From a bacterium (GTDB lineage: Bacteria; Patescibacteriota; CPR2; UBA1875; JAJYID01), in contig JAUSJO010000002.1 in the NCBI GenBank assembly GCA_030647205.1, positions 11,261-75,260 on the forward strand: a stretch of 64,000 bases of DNA. The letters are read 5' to 3'. Below the pieces are notes generated by a model. The model ran no database searches. It was not told the origin of the DNA and worked only from the letters and a program-made list of their open reading frames with translations. The stretch's first letter is position 1. Each line of letters starts with the position of its first letter. A program made the position numbers and the translations under genes. Below, piece after piece: positions 55,239-64,000 of this stretch.

Positions 55239-55637
55239 ATGGATAGTCTTGTTCTTTTAGGAGGATTTGCTCTTGCTGCGTCAGGATTATCCTCGGTCAT
55301 AAAAGCCTTCAACTGTAATAATCAATGGAGATCAAGGTTGATGTGGTTTCGGGCTTGTATTTCGATCGGGGTTCTTAGCTGCATTGCGGCAGGGATTTTA
55401 ATGTCGTCTGCCTTTGCGTCTAGGATTCAAGGCGGGGAAGGACCTCCGGGAACGAATGCTGTTGGAATAGGCTTTATTGTTGTAACTTGGTTGCTAGCCA
55501 TTGCCGGTTCATTCATGTTTATAAGAGACCGGAATCTGCTAAAAAAGCAGATGGTGGTCAAGGGTCAAAGGTTAGATCAGGTCGAAGCAGAAGAAGACGC
55601 TAAGTGGGCGAAGTCCCTACAATCCGAGAAAGGATGA
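55239..55637 (+). CDS. small membrane protein, hypothetical
   Basis: AAAGGGTGAG RBS, 3-4 TMs. Confidence 0.4.
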   Translation: MDSLVLLGGFALAASGLSSVIKAFNCNNQWRSRLMWFRACISIGVLSCIAAGILMSSAFASRIQGGEGPPGTNAVGIGFIVVTWLLAIAGSFMFIRDRNLLKKQMVVKGQRLDQVEAEEDAKWAKSLQSEKG

Positions 55638-55642
55638 GCTAA

Positions 55643-56011
55643 ATGATCGCGGGCATGATTGTTCTGGGATTTCTTGTAGTGAACTACTATCTTCATCGCA
55701 AAAACGGCCGCATCTTTTCCAAACAATTAGAATTCATCAAGACGAATGGTGATGTTGAAAAGTGGGCCGATGATGAAGAGAAATGTTTGACCTATCTGGC
55801 GTTCTTTAAGAGTCAACGAAAGGTTGATGTGCTCCAGATGATAATCTGTCTTGTAGTGGCAATGGTGTTGTATTTCAGCAATATCGTGGAAGTAGGCATT
55901 CTTTATCTGCTCGCTTCTCTGTTTTACTACGGTCATTATGTGGTAGACGGTTGGGGCAGGTCAGTGGCAGTAGAGAAGATTAAAAAGGCGGGTGGACTGC
56001 AAGCGGAATGA
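55643..56011 (+). CDS. small membrane protein, hypothetical
   Basis: GAAAGGATGAG RBS, 3 TMs. Confidence 0.4.
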   Translation: MIAGMIVLGFLVVNYYLHRKNGRIFSKQLEFIKTNGDVEKWADDEEKCLTYLAFFKSQRKVDVLQMIICLVVAMVLYFSNIVEVGILYLLASLFYYGHYVVDGWGRSVAVEKIKKAGGLQAE

Positions 56012-56058
56012 TGTTACTTTTTAGAAGGCCGCGGTGCTTTAAGCACTGCGGCCTTTTC

Positions 56059-57105
56059 TTATGCTAATTTTAGATTCGGGTTTGGTGTGAGCGATTTTGG
56101 CTCAGTGAAGTCAAACTCTTTTTGTTTATAATATGCAGCGGCGCCGATCATTACCGCGTTATCGGTGCAATATTTAAGATCAGGCATATAAAAATTTACA
56201 TTTAATTCCTTGCACATTTCCTGTAGTTTTTCTCTTAATTTCTGATTTGCAGCTACACCACCGGAGAGGATGAATGATTTTGGTGCGTATTTTTCTATAG
56301 CTCGCTGACTATTTTGGGACAGGGTATCAACTAGCGTTTTTTGAAATGAGGCGGCAATATTCGCCTTATCTTGTTCTGATAGCGATTTCGACTGTTTCAC
56401 TACATTTAAAACAGCAGTTTTTAGCCCTGATAAGCTAAAATCGAGACTAGGATCAGGATACTCCAGAAATCCCTCAGAGTTTCTTTTTGGTTCCGGTGTG
56501 AGATCAACTACCGGAAATTTGTACTTGTTTACATCTCCTTTTTTAGCCAAATTCGAAATATTTGGGCCGCCGGGATAGGGGAGAGCAAGCAGTGCTGCGA
56601 CCTTGTCAAATGCTTCGCCGGCAGCATCATCTCTGGTTTGGCCCACAATTTTGAAGTTATAATGGTTTTCAACTTCGATTAACATTGTGTGACCACCTGA
56701 AACAAGTAAAGTAACAAGAGGGAACTGAGGTTGTTTGGTGCTTACCCAGTTTGCATAAATATGTCCTTCAAGATGATTGACGGCAATCAACGGTTTATTT
56801 TTTAGGATTGAGAGTGTTCTGGCGGTTTCTGTACCGACTATTAAGCTTCCGACGAGTCCGGGACCTTGGGTTACGGCTATAGCGTCAATGTCTTCCCATG
56901 ACATTTTTGCTTCGGAAAGGGATTCTTTAACAGCTGGGATTATCGTTTGTACATGAGCGCGAGCAGCTACCTCAGGCACGACACCGCCATATTTGGCATG
57001 GATGTCTATTTGTGAAGCGACTACGTTCGATAAAACTTCACGGCCGTCTTTCACGATTGCTGCCGCCGTTTCATCACAACTTGTTTCGATGGCTAATATA
57101 TTCAT
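56059..57105 (-). CDS. tsaD: tRNA N6-adenosine threonylcarbamoyltransferase
   Basis: MNILAIETSCDETAAAIV... Kae1/TsaD signature. His-His metal site HLEGH. Confidence 0.9.
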   Translation of the reverse strand: MNILAIETSCDETAAAIVKDGREVLSNVVASQIDIHAKYGGVVPEVAARAHVQTIIPAVKESLSEAKMSWEDIDAIAVTQGPGLVGSLIVGTETARTLSILKNKPLIAVNHLEGHIYANWVSTKQPQFPLVTLLVSGGHTMLIEVENHYNFKIVGQTRDDAAGEAFDKVAALLALPYPGGPNISNLAKKGDVNKYKFPVVDLTPEPKRNSEGFLEYPDPSLDFSLSGLKTAVLNVVKQSKSLSEQDKANIAASFQKTLVDTLSQNSQRAIEKYAPKSFILSGGVAANQKLREKLQEMCKELNVNFYMPDLKYCTDNAVMIGAAAYYKQKEFDFTEPKSLTPNPNLKLA

Positions 57106-57205
57106 AACAAGAGATATTATACCTTATTTGAAGCTAAAAGTCTTGAAAGAAATCATTTTTTTGGTTATAATCACCATAATCAACTCCCACTCAAGGAGGA
57201 GCACT

Positions 57206-57556
57206 TTGCAAAAGCTTGGTAAACTCAGGTTCTTCATGCCTGTCATAATGCAGTTATTTGTCTGGACCTCTCCATTTGCTCTTTATTTTGCAATCAGGCT
57301 TCTGGGAGATGGTGATCTTTTCAATATGGTTGCTACAGGATACATGATGTTCCTAGTCGTGTCGTGTTGGATATTCTCTCTCAAAGACAGGTTGATGGAG
57401 AGGCATTATTTAACAGCTTTTACTCTTGCTTCATTATTCGGCCTTTTCACGGGCCATTTGATCCTTTTCATCGGGATGTGGCTGCTTCTCATGTGCGCAT
57501 CCGGGATAAAAATGATTGTTGAAGCAGAAAAAGAGACCCGAGTTCGTGGATTTTAA
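57206..57556 (+). CDS. small membrane protein, hypothetical
   Basis: AAGGAGGAG RBS then TTG start. 3 TMs. Confidence 0.35.
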   Translation: MQKLGKLRFFMPVIMQLFVWTSPFALYFAIRLLGDGDLFNMVATGYMMFLVVSCWIFSLKDRLMERHYLTAFTLASLFGLFTGHLILFIGMWLLLMCASGIKMIVEAEKETRVRGF

Positions 57557-57708
57557 TAATATTTGAGGCCGTTGCTTTATGCAGCGGCCTTTTCCATTGG
57601 GCTATAAATATACTTGACAAAACATGTATCTTGTGGTATATTATCGAGCATTGTCAATATAGCGAACAATCCAAAAATCGCTAAGCAACCTTGAAAAGGG
57701 AGAGAGAA

Positions 57709-57903
57709 ATGACTCAAGTTAAAATTTTTCAGGGACTGGGTTATGAAGTCGAAGAGAAACTCAATGGATGGCTGGATGAGGAAGGTGCAGGGATTGAAAT
57801 CACCCACGTTGCTCAGTCGGCTTCTGTTTCAAGTCTCGATGGCCAAATCGCCACAACTGTCTTCTACGAGAAAAAGAAAGACCAAAAAGCCCGCAAGAAG
57901 TAA
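57709..57903 (+). CDS. small soluble protein, hypothetical
   Basis: AAAGGGAGAGAGAA RBS then ATG. 64 aa with a Lys-rich tail. Confidence 0.35.
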   Translation: MTQVKIFQGLGYEVEEKLNGWLDEEGAGIEITHVAQSASVSSLDGQIATTVFYEKKKDQKARKK

Positions 57904-57941
57904 AAAATTGCGAAGGTAAACAACGACCTAAGGGAGAGACA

Positions 57942-58325
57942 ATGGAAGCGTCACAGGCAATGGAAATGAACAAACCTGAAGACATCAGTCTTGAGGGAAT
58001 GCTCATAAGATGGCTCAGTCATCTTCGGCATGATGAATGGTCCAAAGTGCCCTACTATCTGGCCATGGCCGGTATCGGAGCCGTATGGAGCATGTTTGTA
58101 GGCATTATGATAGTGCTAAGCTGGGTATGGCTGCCCGGCGAGATGGCATCAACAACTACCCTTCTGATGGTTATGTTGGGAGTGGCGGTATTAACTCATC
58201 TTCTCTTTTCCCTTGGCAGAGATGTCAAGCGGTATAAAAAGGATGAGGAGGGTGCAGTGGGTGAATATGATAATCTGGAGCATCTCTTTGCCGATGACAA
58301 AGAAGATAAGTCTCCCCTCTGGTAA
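57942..58325 (+). CDS. small membrane protein, hypothetical
   Basis: TAAGGGAGAGACA RBS. 3 TMs. Confidence 0.4.
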   Translation: MEASQAMEMNKPEDISLEGMLIRWLSHLRHDEWSKVPYYLAMAGIGAVWSMFVGIMIVLSWVWLPGEMASTTTLLMVMLGVAVLTHLLFSLGRDVKRYKKDEEGAVGEYDNLEHLFADDKEDKSPLW

Positions 58326-58335
58326 GGAGCCATAC

Positions 58336-58509
58336 ATGCATAAAATGATTTGGGCCGCGGTAATACTTCTGGTAAGTGGTGCGCTGGTCGGGATTGTTGG
58401 CCGGTTTCTAGGCGTCCATTTCGACTCCCGTTTGGGAGGCATCTTGTTTATTATCATTGCCTACGTAGCCGGAGCTATCGCTGTCAAAACGATAGAACGG
58501 ATTTCCTAA
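58336..58509 (+). CDS. very small two-TM membrane protein, hypothetical
   Basis: AAGGAG RBS 6 nt upstream. 57 aa. Confidence 0.35.
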   Translation: MHKMIWAAVILLVSGALVGIVGRFLGVHFDSRLGGILFIIIAYVAGAIAVKTIERIS

Positions 58510-58596
58510 ATAGGCATTGACGAACCTCCAAAATGGCGGTGCTAAGGCACCGCCATTTTTTCTTTTCTCTATATTTTTGCCTTAAAATGTGCTTAA

Positions 58597-59586
58597 ATGG
58601 GGGACATGGAAACATTAAAAATCCTCTCTCAAAAGACAAACAACCTTTTTCAGTCCGGCTCTTGGGCTGATTTTCAGGCAGGGCTAAAGCGTAAATCCTG
58701 GGTAGTGAAAGGGGACAACGTACAAGGATTAGTCCTAAAATACCCTTTATATAAAGACAAACATTATTTTTATTCTCCCCGCGGCCCTATCATGACTAAA
58801 GGTGCAAAGCTGCAGGATTTAAAGCTATTCTTAAGAAAAGTCGAGGTTTTGGCAAAAGAAGAAAATGCTGTTTTTTACCGTATCGAGCCGTACCAAGTAG
58901 ATCAAACTGATATATATAAGTTTGGATTCAGAAAAATGGCAAAGCATGCACCGTTATCCTCACAGTTTTCGCCTGAAAATACTCGTGTTTTAGATATTTC
59001 AAGGCCGGAAGAAAAAATCTTGGCCGAGATGAAGCCAAAATGGAGATACAATATAAATCTTGCGAACCGAAAGGGGATCAAAGTTAGAGAAGGTAGAGAC
59101 TCAAAAGACATCAAGATTTTCTATGAACTAACTAAGGAAATGGAAAAACGGGGTGGGTATCAGGGTCATGAGTATGATTACTACCAAAAGATGTATGAAG
59201 CACTGGCAAAAGAGGATATTCTAAAAGTTTTCATAGCTGAGTATAATGGCGAACCTTTGGCGGCAATCTTAGTATCATACTTTGGCCAGGTTGCGACCTA
59301 TCTTCATGGTGCTTCAGGTAATGAGCATAGGGAGCTGATGCCGACTTATGCACTCCAATGGGTGGCAATTTGCGAGGCAAAGAAGCGAAATTGCCGGATT
59401 TATGACTTCTGGGGGATAGCACCGGAAGGAGCCAAAAATCACTCTTGGGCCGGTGTCACACGTTTTAAAAAAGGATTTGGAGGAGAAGAAATATCTTTTG
59501 GCGGCGCATATGACATTGCATTTGACAGAAAATATTATAATCTTTTATCTACGGTCAACCGATTTAGAAAGTTAATTAAAAAATAA
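58597..59586 (+). CDS. FemAB-family peptidoglycan interpeptide-bridge aminoacyltransferase
   Basis: GNAT-like tandem fold. ...RELMPTYALQWVAICEAKKRNCRIYDFWGI... FemX/FemAB similarity. Confidence 0.7.
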   Translation: MGDMETLKILSQKTNNLFQSGSWADFQAGLKRKSWVVKGDNVQGLVLKYPLYKDKHYFYSPRGPIMTKGAKLQDLKLFLRKVEVLAKEENAVFYRIEPYQVDQTDIYKFGFRKMAKHAPLSSQFSPENTRVLDISRPEEKILAEMKPKWRYNINLANRKGIKVREGRDSKDIKIFYELTKEMEKRGGYQGHEYDYYQKMYEALAKEDILKVFIAEYNGEPLAAILVSYFGQVATYLHGASGNEHRELMPTYALQWVAICEAKKRNCRIYDFWGIAPEGAKNHSWAGVTRFKKGFGGEEISFGGAYDIAFDRKYYNLLSTVNRFRKLIKK

Positions 59587-59613
59587 TTGAGATAGATTCC
59601 TGCTTTTGCGGGG

Positions 59614-60954
59614 ATGACAAAGGCGGAAATGTTAGAAACAGCTTTAAGACTTTTAAAGAAAATTATTCCAAAACCGGTATTTCGGGCATTTCAGCCTATT
59701 TATCACTTTTTTCTGGCGGTAACCGGAAACATTTTTCATAGATTTCCCGGCTATAAAATTACTGTTATTGGGGTTACGGGTACAAACGGGAAAAGCACAA
59801 CATCTGAAATTTTGTGCGAGGTTTTAAAAGCGAGCGGTGAAAAAGTAGGCATGATTTCTACTGTAAGCATAGAAATAGCGGGATTGAGGATTGACAACAA
59901 GACGAACCGGACAACACTTGGGCGTTGGAAAACCCATCATCTTATGCGAGAAATGGTCAGACGAGGGTGTAAATATGCGGTTATCGAAGTAGCGAGCGAG
60001 GGGATAGCGTGGCATAGGGTGTGGGGGATCCCTTTTGACGGGGCAATATTCACAAATCTTGCGCCGGAACACCTGAACTTCCACAAAACCATGGAAAACT
60101 ATCGCAATACGAAAGGCAAACTCTTCAAAAAGCTCTCAAGCCTCTACAACTGGAAGAAAACGAAAAGAGTTAGCGTGGTCAATGCGGATGACAAAGAGTC
60201 TAGTTACTTTTTGTCATTTAAAGCCGATGAAAAATATACATTTGGTATTAAAAAAGGCGATGTAAAAGCAAAAAACATCAAGCTAAGAGTAAATGGCGCT
60301 GATTATGATATCTCAGTTCAGGACAAAACATATTCTGTCACAACAGGTGCAGTAGGGGAGTTCAATATATATAACGAACTTGCCGCATTTTGCATGGGAC
60401 TTGGATATGGCGTAAAACCTGAGGAAATGGTAAAAGTGCTCGCAAAGTTTAGTGGGACAAAAGGCCGGGTTGAGCATATTGACGAGGGGCAAGACTTTAG
60501 CGTTATTGTCGACTATGCTCATACGCCGGATGCTCAAGAACAAGTGTATAAAGAGCTAAACAGATTTAAAAAAGGGAGACTGATCAGTGTTTTTGGTGCG
60601 ACAGGCGACAAAGACAGGGGGAAGCGGCCAAAGATGGGCAGAGTTGCAGCAGAACTGACAGATGCCATAATCCTTACAGATGATGAGACGTATAACGAAG
60701 ATTCGAGCCAAATCATAAAGGAAATATATGCAGGCGTGCCAAAGAAGCTGCAGAAAAAGGTAACGATAGTTCCGGATAGGTTTACAGCGATCAAAAAGGC
60801 TTTAGCGGTTGCAAAAAAAGATGATATTGTGGTCATAACTGGTGTTGGTCATCAAAAATACAGAAATCAAGGCGGGAGAAAAGTCGTCTGGGATGAGCGT
60901 CAGATAGTCTCGGATTTATTAAAAGATTTAAAAAGGAGCAAAAATGCCAAATAA
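59614..60954 (+). CDS. murE: Mur ligase (UDP-MurNAc-tripeptide synthetase, MurE-like)
   Basis: VIGVTGTNGKSTTSEIL P-loop. DYAHTPDA. Mur ligase C-domain. Confidence 0.8.
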   Translation: MTKAEMLETALRLLKKIIPKPVFRAFQPIYHFFLAVTGNIFHRFPGYKITVIGVTGTNGKSTTSEILCEVLKASGEKVGMISTVSIEIAGLRIDNKTNRTTLGRWKTHHLMREMVRRGCKYAVIEVASEGIAWHRVWGIPFDGAIFTNLAPEHLNFHKTMENYRNTKGKLFKKLSSLYNWKKTKRVSVVNADDKESSYFLSFKADEKYTFGIKKGDVKAKNIKLRVNGADYDISVQDKTYSVTTGAVGEFNIYNELAAFCMGLGYGVKPEEMVKVLAKFSGTKGRVEHIDEGQDFSVIVDYAHTPDAQEQVYKELNRFKKGRLISVFGATGDKDRGKRPKMGRVAAELTDAIILTDDETYNEDSSQIIKEIYAGVPKKLQKKVTIVPDRFTAIKKALAVAKKDDIVVITGVGHQKYRNQGGRKVVWDERQIVSDLLKDLKRSKNAK

Positions 60955-62305
60955 GTTGGCCATAAATCTAGAAAAAATATTCAAGGCTTATGATATACGT
61001 GGCGTTTATCCTGAAGAGATAAACGAAGAGACGGCATATTTGACCGCCAAAGCTTATGCTGAGTGGCTAAAACCAAAGAAAGTTGCCCTTGGAAGAGACG
61101 TGAGAAACTCTGGTGATGCGCTTCTTAAAGAAGCAAAGCGCGGTCTTATTGAGATGGGAGTGGATGTTTATGAGATCGGGGTTGCAACGACAGATATGTT
61201 ATCATTTGCTGTTGCAGAGTTTGATCTTGATGGCGGCATTATCGTGACGGCTTCGCATAATGAAGCCAAATATAATGGACTGAAGATCTATCGTGAAAAA
61301 GCAATTCCTGTCTCAAGCGATAGTGGTCTGTTAGAAATACGTGAGATAGCCAAAAATGGTGATTTTACAAAATGCGAAAAAGAAGGGAAGTCCGAAAATT
61401 TGGATTTTCTGAATAAATACATTCAAAAAGTACTCTCATTTATTGATGTAGAGAAAATAAAGCCTATGAAGGTTGTCGTAAATCCGAACTTCGGGGCGGC
61501 AGGTAAGGCGGTTGATAAGCTGGCTGAGGTTTTACCTCTTGAGCTTGTCAAAATAAATTATGAAGAAGACGGCAGTTTTCCAAAGGGCAAGCCCGACCCA
61601 TCCTCACCGGAGAATAGGGCGGAAACAGTTGAGTTAGTAAAAAAATCAGGTGCAGACTTCGCAGCGATTTGGGATGCTGACGCGGATAGATGCGTTTTCC
61701 TGGACGAAAATGGCGAGTATGTTCAAGGTACTTACATGACGGCGATTATAGCCGAGATGATGCTACAGAAAAATCCCGGTTGTGCGATAGTTTCCGATAT
61801 CAGCCTAACTTGGCCGGTTATCGGTCTCGTAAAAAATGCCGGCGGAAAACCTGTTATTTGCAAAGTTGGTACATCATTTATCATTGAAAAAATGGTTAAG
61901 GAAAAAGCGGTGTTTGCAGGCGAGATCTCGGGGCACATGTATTTCCGGGACTGTTGGAATGCTGATAACGGCATGATCCCTTTCCTTCTTATTCTTGAGA
62001 GATTGAGTGCTTCGGGGGAGAAACTGTCGGAAATCGCAAATCCGTTGAGAGAAAAGTTCCCGAATGCGATGGGGCTAAACTTCCCTGTTTCAGATACAGA
62101 TGAGAAGATCAAGGAACTAGCCGAGGCGTATAATGATGCGAATATTGACTATATGGATGGTATTTCTATTGAATACCCCGGAGAATACCGATTTAATGTG
62201 AGAGCTTCAAACACCGAACCTCTTTTAAGGCTTCATATAGAAGGTAAATCTCAAGATATTGTTGATGAAAAAATTAAAGAGATAACGAAGCTTGTAGAGG
62301 CATAA
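60944..62305 (+). CDS. phosphohexomutase (phosphoglucosamine/phosphomannomutase family), paralog 1
   Basis: Active-site TASHNEAKYNGLK. Four-domain PGM/PMM architecture. Confidence 0.75.
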   Translation: MPNKLAINLEKIFKAYDIRGVYPEEINEETAYLTAKAYAEWLKPKKVALGRDVRNSGDALLKEAKRGLIEMGVDVYEIGVATTDMLSFAVAEFDLDGGIIVTASHNEAKYNGLKIYREKAIPVSSDSGLLEIREIAKNGDFTKCEKEGKSENLDFLNKYIQKVLSFIDVEKIKPMKVVVNPNFGAAGKAVDKLAEVLPLELVKINYEEDGSFPKGKPDPSSPENRAETVELVKKSGADFAAIWDADADRCVFLDENGEYVQGTYMTAIIAEMMLQKNPGCAIVSDISLTWPVIGLVKNAGGKPVICKVGTSFIIEKMVKEKAVFAGEISGHMYFRDCWNADNGMIPFLLILERLSASGEKLSEIANPLREKFPNAMGLNFPVSDTDEKIKELAEAYNDANIDYMDGISIEYPGEYRFNVRASNTEPLLRLHIEGKSQDIVDEKIKEITKLVEA

Positions 62306-62337
62306 ACTATTTAAGATAAGAAGGGAGAGCAAAAAGC

Positions 62338-63762
62338 ATGAAAGTTAATCCTAGCATGTTTCGCGGATATGACCTTAGGGGCATAGTTGACAAAGATCTA
62401 ACGCCTGAAATTGTAGAAAATCTTGGGAGGGCACATGGTACTTATATGAAGCGCCGGGGCATAACAAGGGCAGTTGTCGGATATGATTGTCGTGCAACTA
62501 GCGAGGAATATAGTGAAGCCTTAACTCGAGGTTATAGTTGGGCGGGCATCGACGTAGTAAATATCGGGATGAATCTAGTAGGAACATTCTACTGGGCTCA
62601 ATATTATCTGGACGCTAAAGGCGGGGCCTTCGTTACAGCCTCACACAATGTAGCTGCATATAATGGTCTAAAGTTTGCTATCGATTTTTCAGAAACGCTT
62701 GTCAGTGACGGGATACAAGAAATTCGAAGGATGGTTGAGGAAGAGGATTATGAAGAAGGTGAAAAGCCCGGTAAAGTCGAAAAACAAGATATAAGACAGG
62801 CATATTTTGACGATGTTATAAAAAGGCTTCCAATAAGCAAAAAGTTTAAAATAGTTATTGACCCAAGCTGTTCTACGGCGGGCGCGATTGTGCCTGATGC
62901 TTTAAGAAAAGCCGGCTGCGAGGTTATAGAGAAAAATTGCGAGATTGACCCGACTTTCCCTCTCGGGACACCAGATCCAACGGAAAACGCTGTGGCAAAA
63001 AGAGTGAGCAAAGAAGTGCTTGAAGAAAAAGCGGATATCGGTTTTTCATATGATGCCGATGGGGACAGGATTGGTATAGTGGACGAGAAAGGCGGGATTA
63101 TTTGGAACGATGTTCTTCTGGCGCTTTTTGCCTCCGATGTTCTCGGCGGCCATCCGGGGGCAAAGATAATGTACAACACTCTTTGCTCAAAAGTTGTAGA
63201 AGATACGATAAAAGAAAAGGGAGGGGTTCCCTTCATGTGGCGGACAGGACACTCATTCCTAAAAAAGAAAAATCAGGAGGTGAAAGCGGCATTTATCGGT
63301 GAACTTTCGGGCCACTTCTTCTTTTCAGCTGACTTTTATAACCATGATGATGGTATATATTCAACGCTTCGCCTGCTCCATTACCTCTCTGAAACAAACC
63401 AATCTCTTTCAGAAGCAGTCGAAAAGCTACCTAAATATATTTCTAGCCCTGAGGTAAAAATAACCTGTCCTGACGACAAGAAAGTCCCTCTGATAGGTAA
63501 AATTAGCAAAGTTTTAGAAAATGATTTCCCGGATGCTGAGGTTATTAGTGACGAGCGTGCTGGAGACGGGGTGCGTCTTAACATGGATGACTCAATGTTT
63601 GTAGTTCGCTACTCTCAAAATGGCCCATATGTGACAGTAAAGTTTGAGGCGAATACTCAAAAAAAGTATGATCTTCTTAAAGACTACTTAAATAAGCTCT
63701 TGCACAGTTATGAAGAGATAGACTGGGAAAAGGATGCGGTGAATGCGGAGGCATTAGGGTAA
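62338..63762 (+). CDS. phosphohexomutase, paralog 2
   Basis: TASHNVAAYNGLKF and metal loop DADGDR. Confidence 0.75.
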   Translation: MKVNPSMFRGYDLRGIVDKDLTPEIVENLGRAHGTYMKRRGITRAVVGYDCRATSEEYSEALTRGYSWAGIDVVNIGMNLVGTFYWAQYYLDAKGGAFVTASHNVAAYNGLKFAIDFSETLVSDGIQEIRRMVEEEDYEEGEKPGKVEKQDIRQAYFDDVIKRLPISKKFKIVIDPSCSTAGAIVPDALRKAGCEVIEKNCEIDPTFPLGTPDPTENAVAKRVSKEVLEEKADIGFSYDADGDRIGIVDEKGGIIWNDVLLALFASDVLGGHPGAKIMYNTLCSKVVEDTIKEKGGVPFMWRTGHSFLKKKNQEVKAAFIGELSGHFFFSADFYNHDDGIYSTLRLLHYLSETNQSLSEAVEKLPKYISSPEVKITCPDDKKVPLIGKISKVLENDFPDAEVISDERAGDGVRLNMDDSMFVVRYSQNGPYVTVKFEANTQKKYDLLKDYLNKLLHSYEEIDWEKDAVNAEALG

Positions 63763-63896
63763 AGAAAAATTACCTTAGGCGGTTGCAGAAAATTAGTATT
63801 TATGTTATACTAAAAATATTATCAAAGAGATTTACCGGGGGGTAGGTTTCTTTTTTTGCTCATTGAAATTTTCCAACTTACTTCAAGGAGGACTAG

Positions 63897-64000
63897 ATGG
63901 ACTGGACGGGAGGATATGTATTCTTTCTAATGAAGGTAGCGGCTTTTCTTTTGGTCATGTTTGGTATTGTATGGGTTGCATTTTACTTTCGCGATAAAGG
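63897..64000 (+). CDS. membrane protein, partial (runs off window end)
   Basis: AAGGAGGACTAG RBS then ATG. MDWTGGYVFFLMKVAAFLLVMFGIVWVAFYF. Confidence 0.3.
   Translation, partial: MDWTGGYVFFLMKVAAFLLVMFGIVWVAFYFRDK

Noticed and set aside
1-64000. CRISPR arrays, IS elements, integrases or phage structural genes
   Set aside because: No evenly spaced short direct repeats were found. No transposase or integrase-like ORFs were found, despite several composition-shifted islands. The only tandem repeats are the coding FG-GAP units.

Overview
This window looks like a low-GC (~30-38%) bacterial chromosome with compact, overlapping genes and strong Shine-Dalgarno sites. The gene content is consistent with a reduced-genome (CPR/Patescibacteria-like) organism; that placement is inference from gene content only.

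Main content, from start to end:
- An NDP-sugar block: partial UDP-glucuronate decarboxylase, rmlDCBA, galU.
- The jag-yidC-yidD-rnpA-rpmH/dnaA-dnaN-recF-DUF721 origin region. rpmH was missed by the ORF track because it is under 60 aa. DnaA-box-like 9-mers sit on both sides of dnaA.
- A ~12.5 kb minus-strand Gram-positive-style type IV secretion locus: lytic transglycosylase, NlpC/P60, PEGA, a PrgK-like multidomain hydrolase, a VirB4 ATPase plus a separately encoded N-domain-like ORF, and VirB3-/VirB6-like membrane proteins. It carries three VirB2-like pilin paralogs; a fourth pilin paralog with a Cys-rich tail lies next to pilB, comFC and two tRNA-Ser genes.
- Several compositionally distinct (~48-52% GC) insertions:
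  1. A small terminator-bounded membrane-protein/Hsp20 island.
  2. A 6.8 kb island carrying a radical-SAM/SPASM enzyme and a five-gene operon (Udk-like kinase; J-domain-like Hanks kinase; vWA; pyruvate-kinase-like TIM barrel; adenylosuccinate-synthetase-like ligase). This is my top candidate for an undescribed nucleotide-derived metabolite or signalling system.
  3. A Bil/Bub-like ubiquitin-like conjugation operon (TM protein, E2-like, JAB, E1, Ubl) driven by a perfect consensus promoter.
- Other notable items: a GIY-YIG gene plus tRNA-Ser(CGA) cassette sitting between the two halves of a disrupted tRNA-like gene; a tRNA-Arg with an unusual GCG anticodon; four tRNA-Ser isoacceptors in total; a T-box-like leader on valS; and a B12-binding radical SAM followed by three tiny membrane proteins.
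- Housekeeping genes at the end: tsaD, FemAB-family transferase, murE, two phosphohexomutases.

No CRISPR arrays, transposases or integrases were seen.

Most CDS coordinates are taken from the supplied ORF track with starts adjusted by codon offset. Hand-counted features (tRNAs, rpmH, hairpins, promoters) may be off by 1-2 nt.
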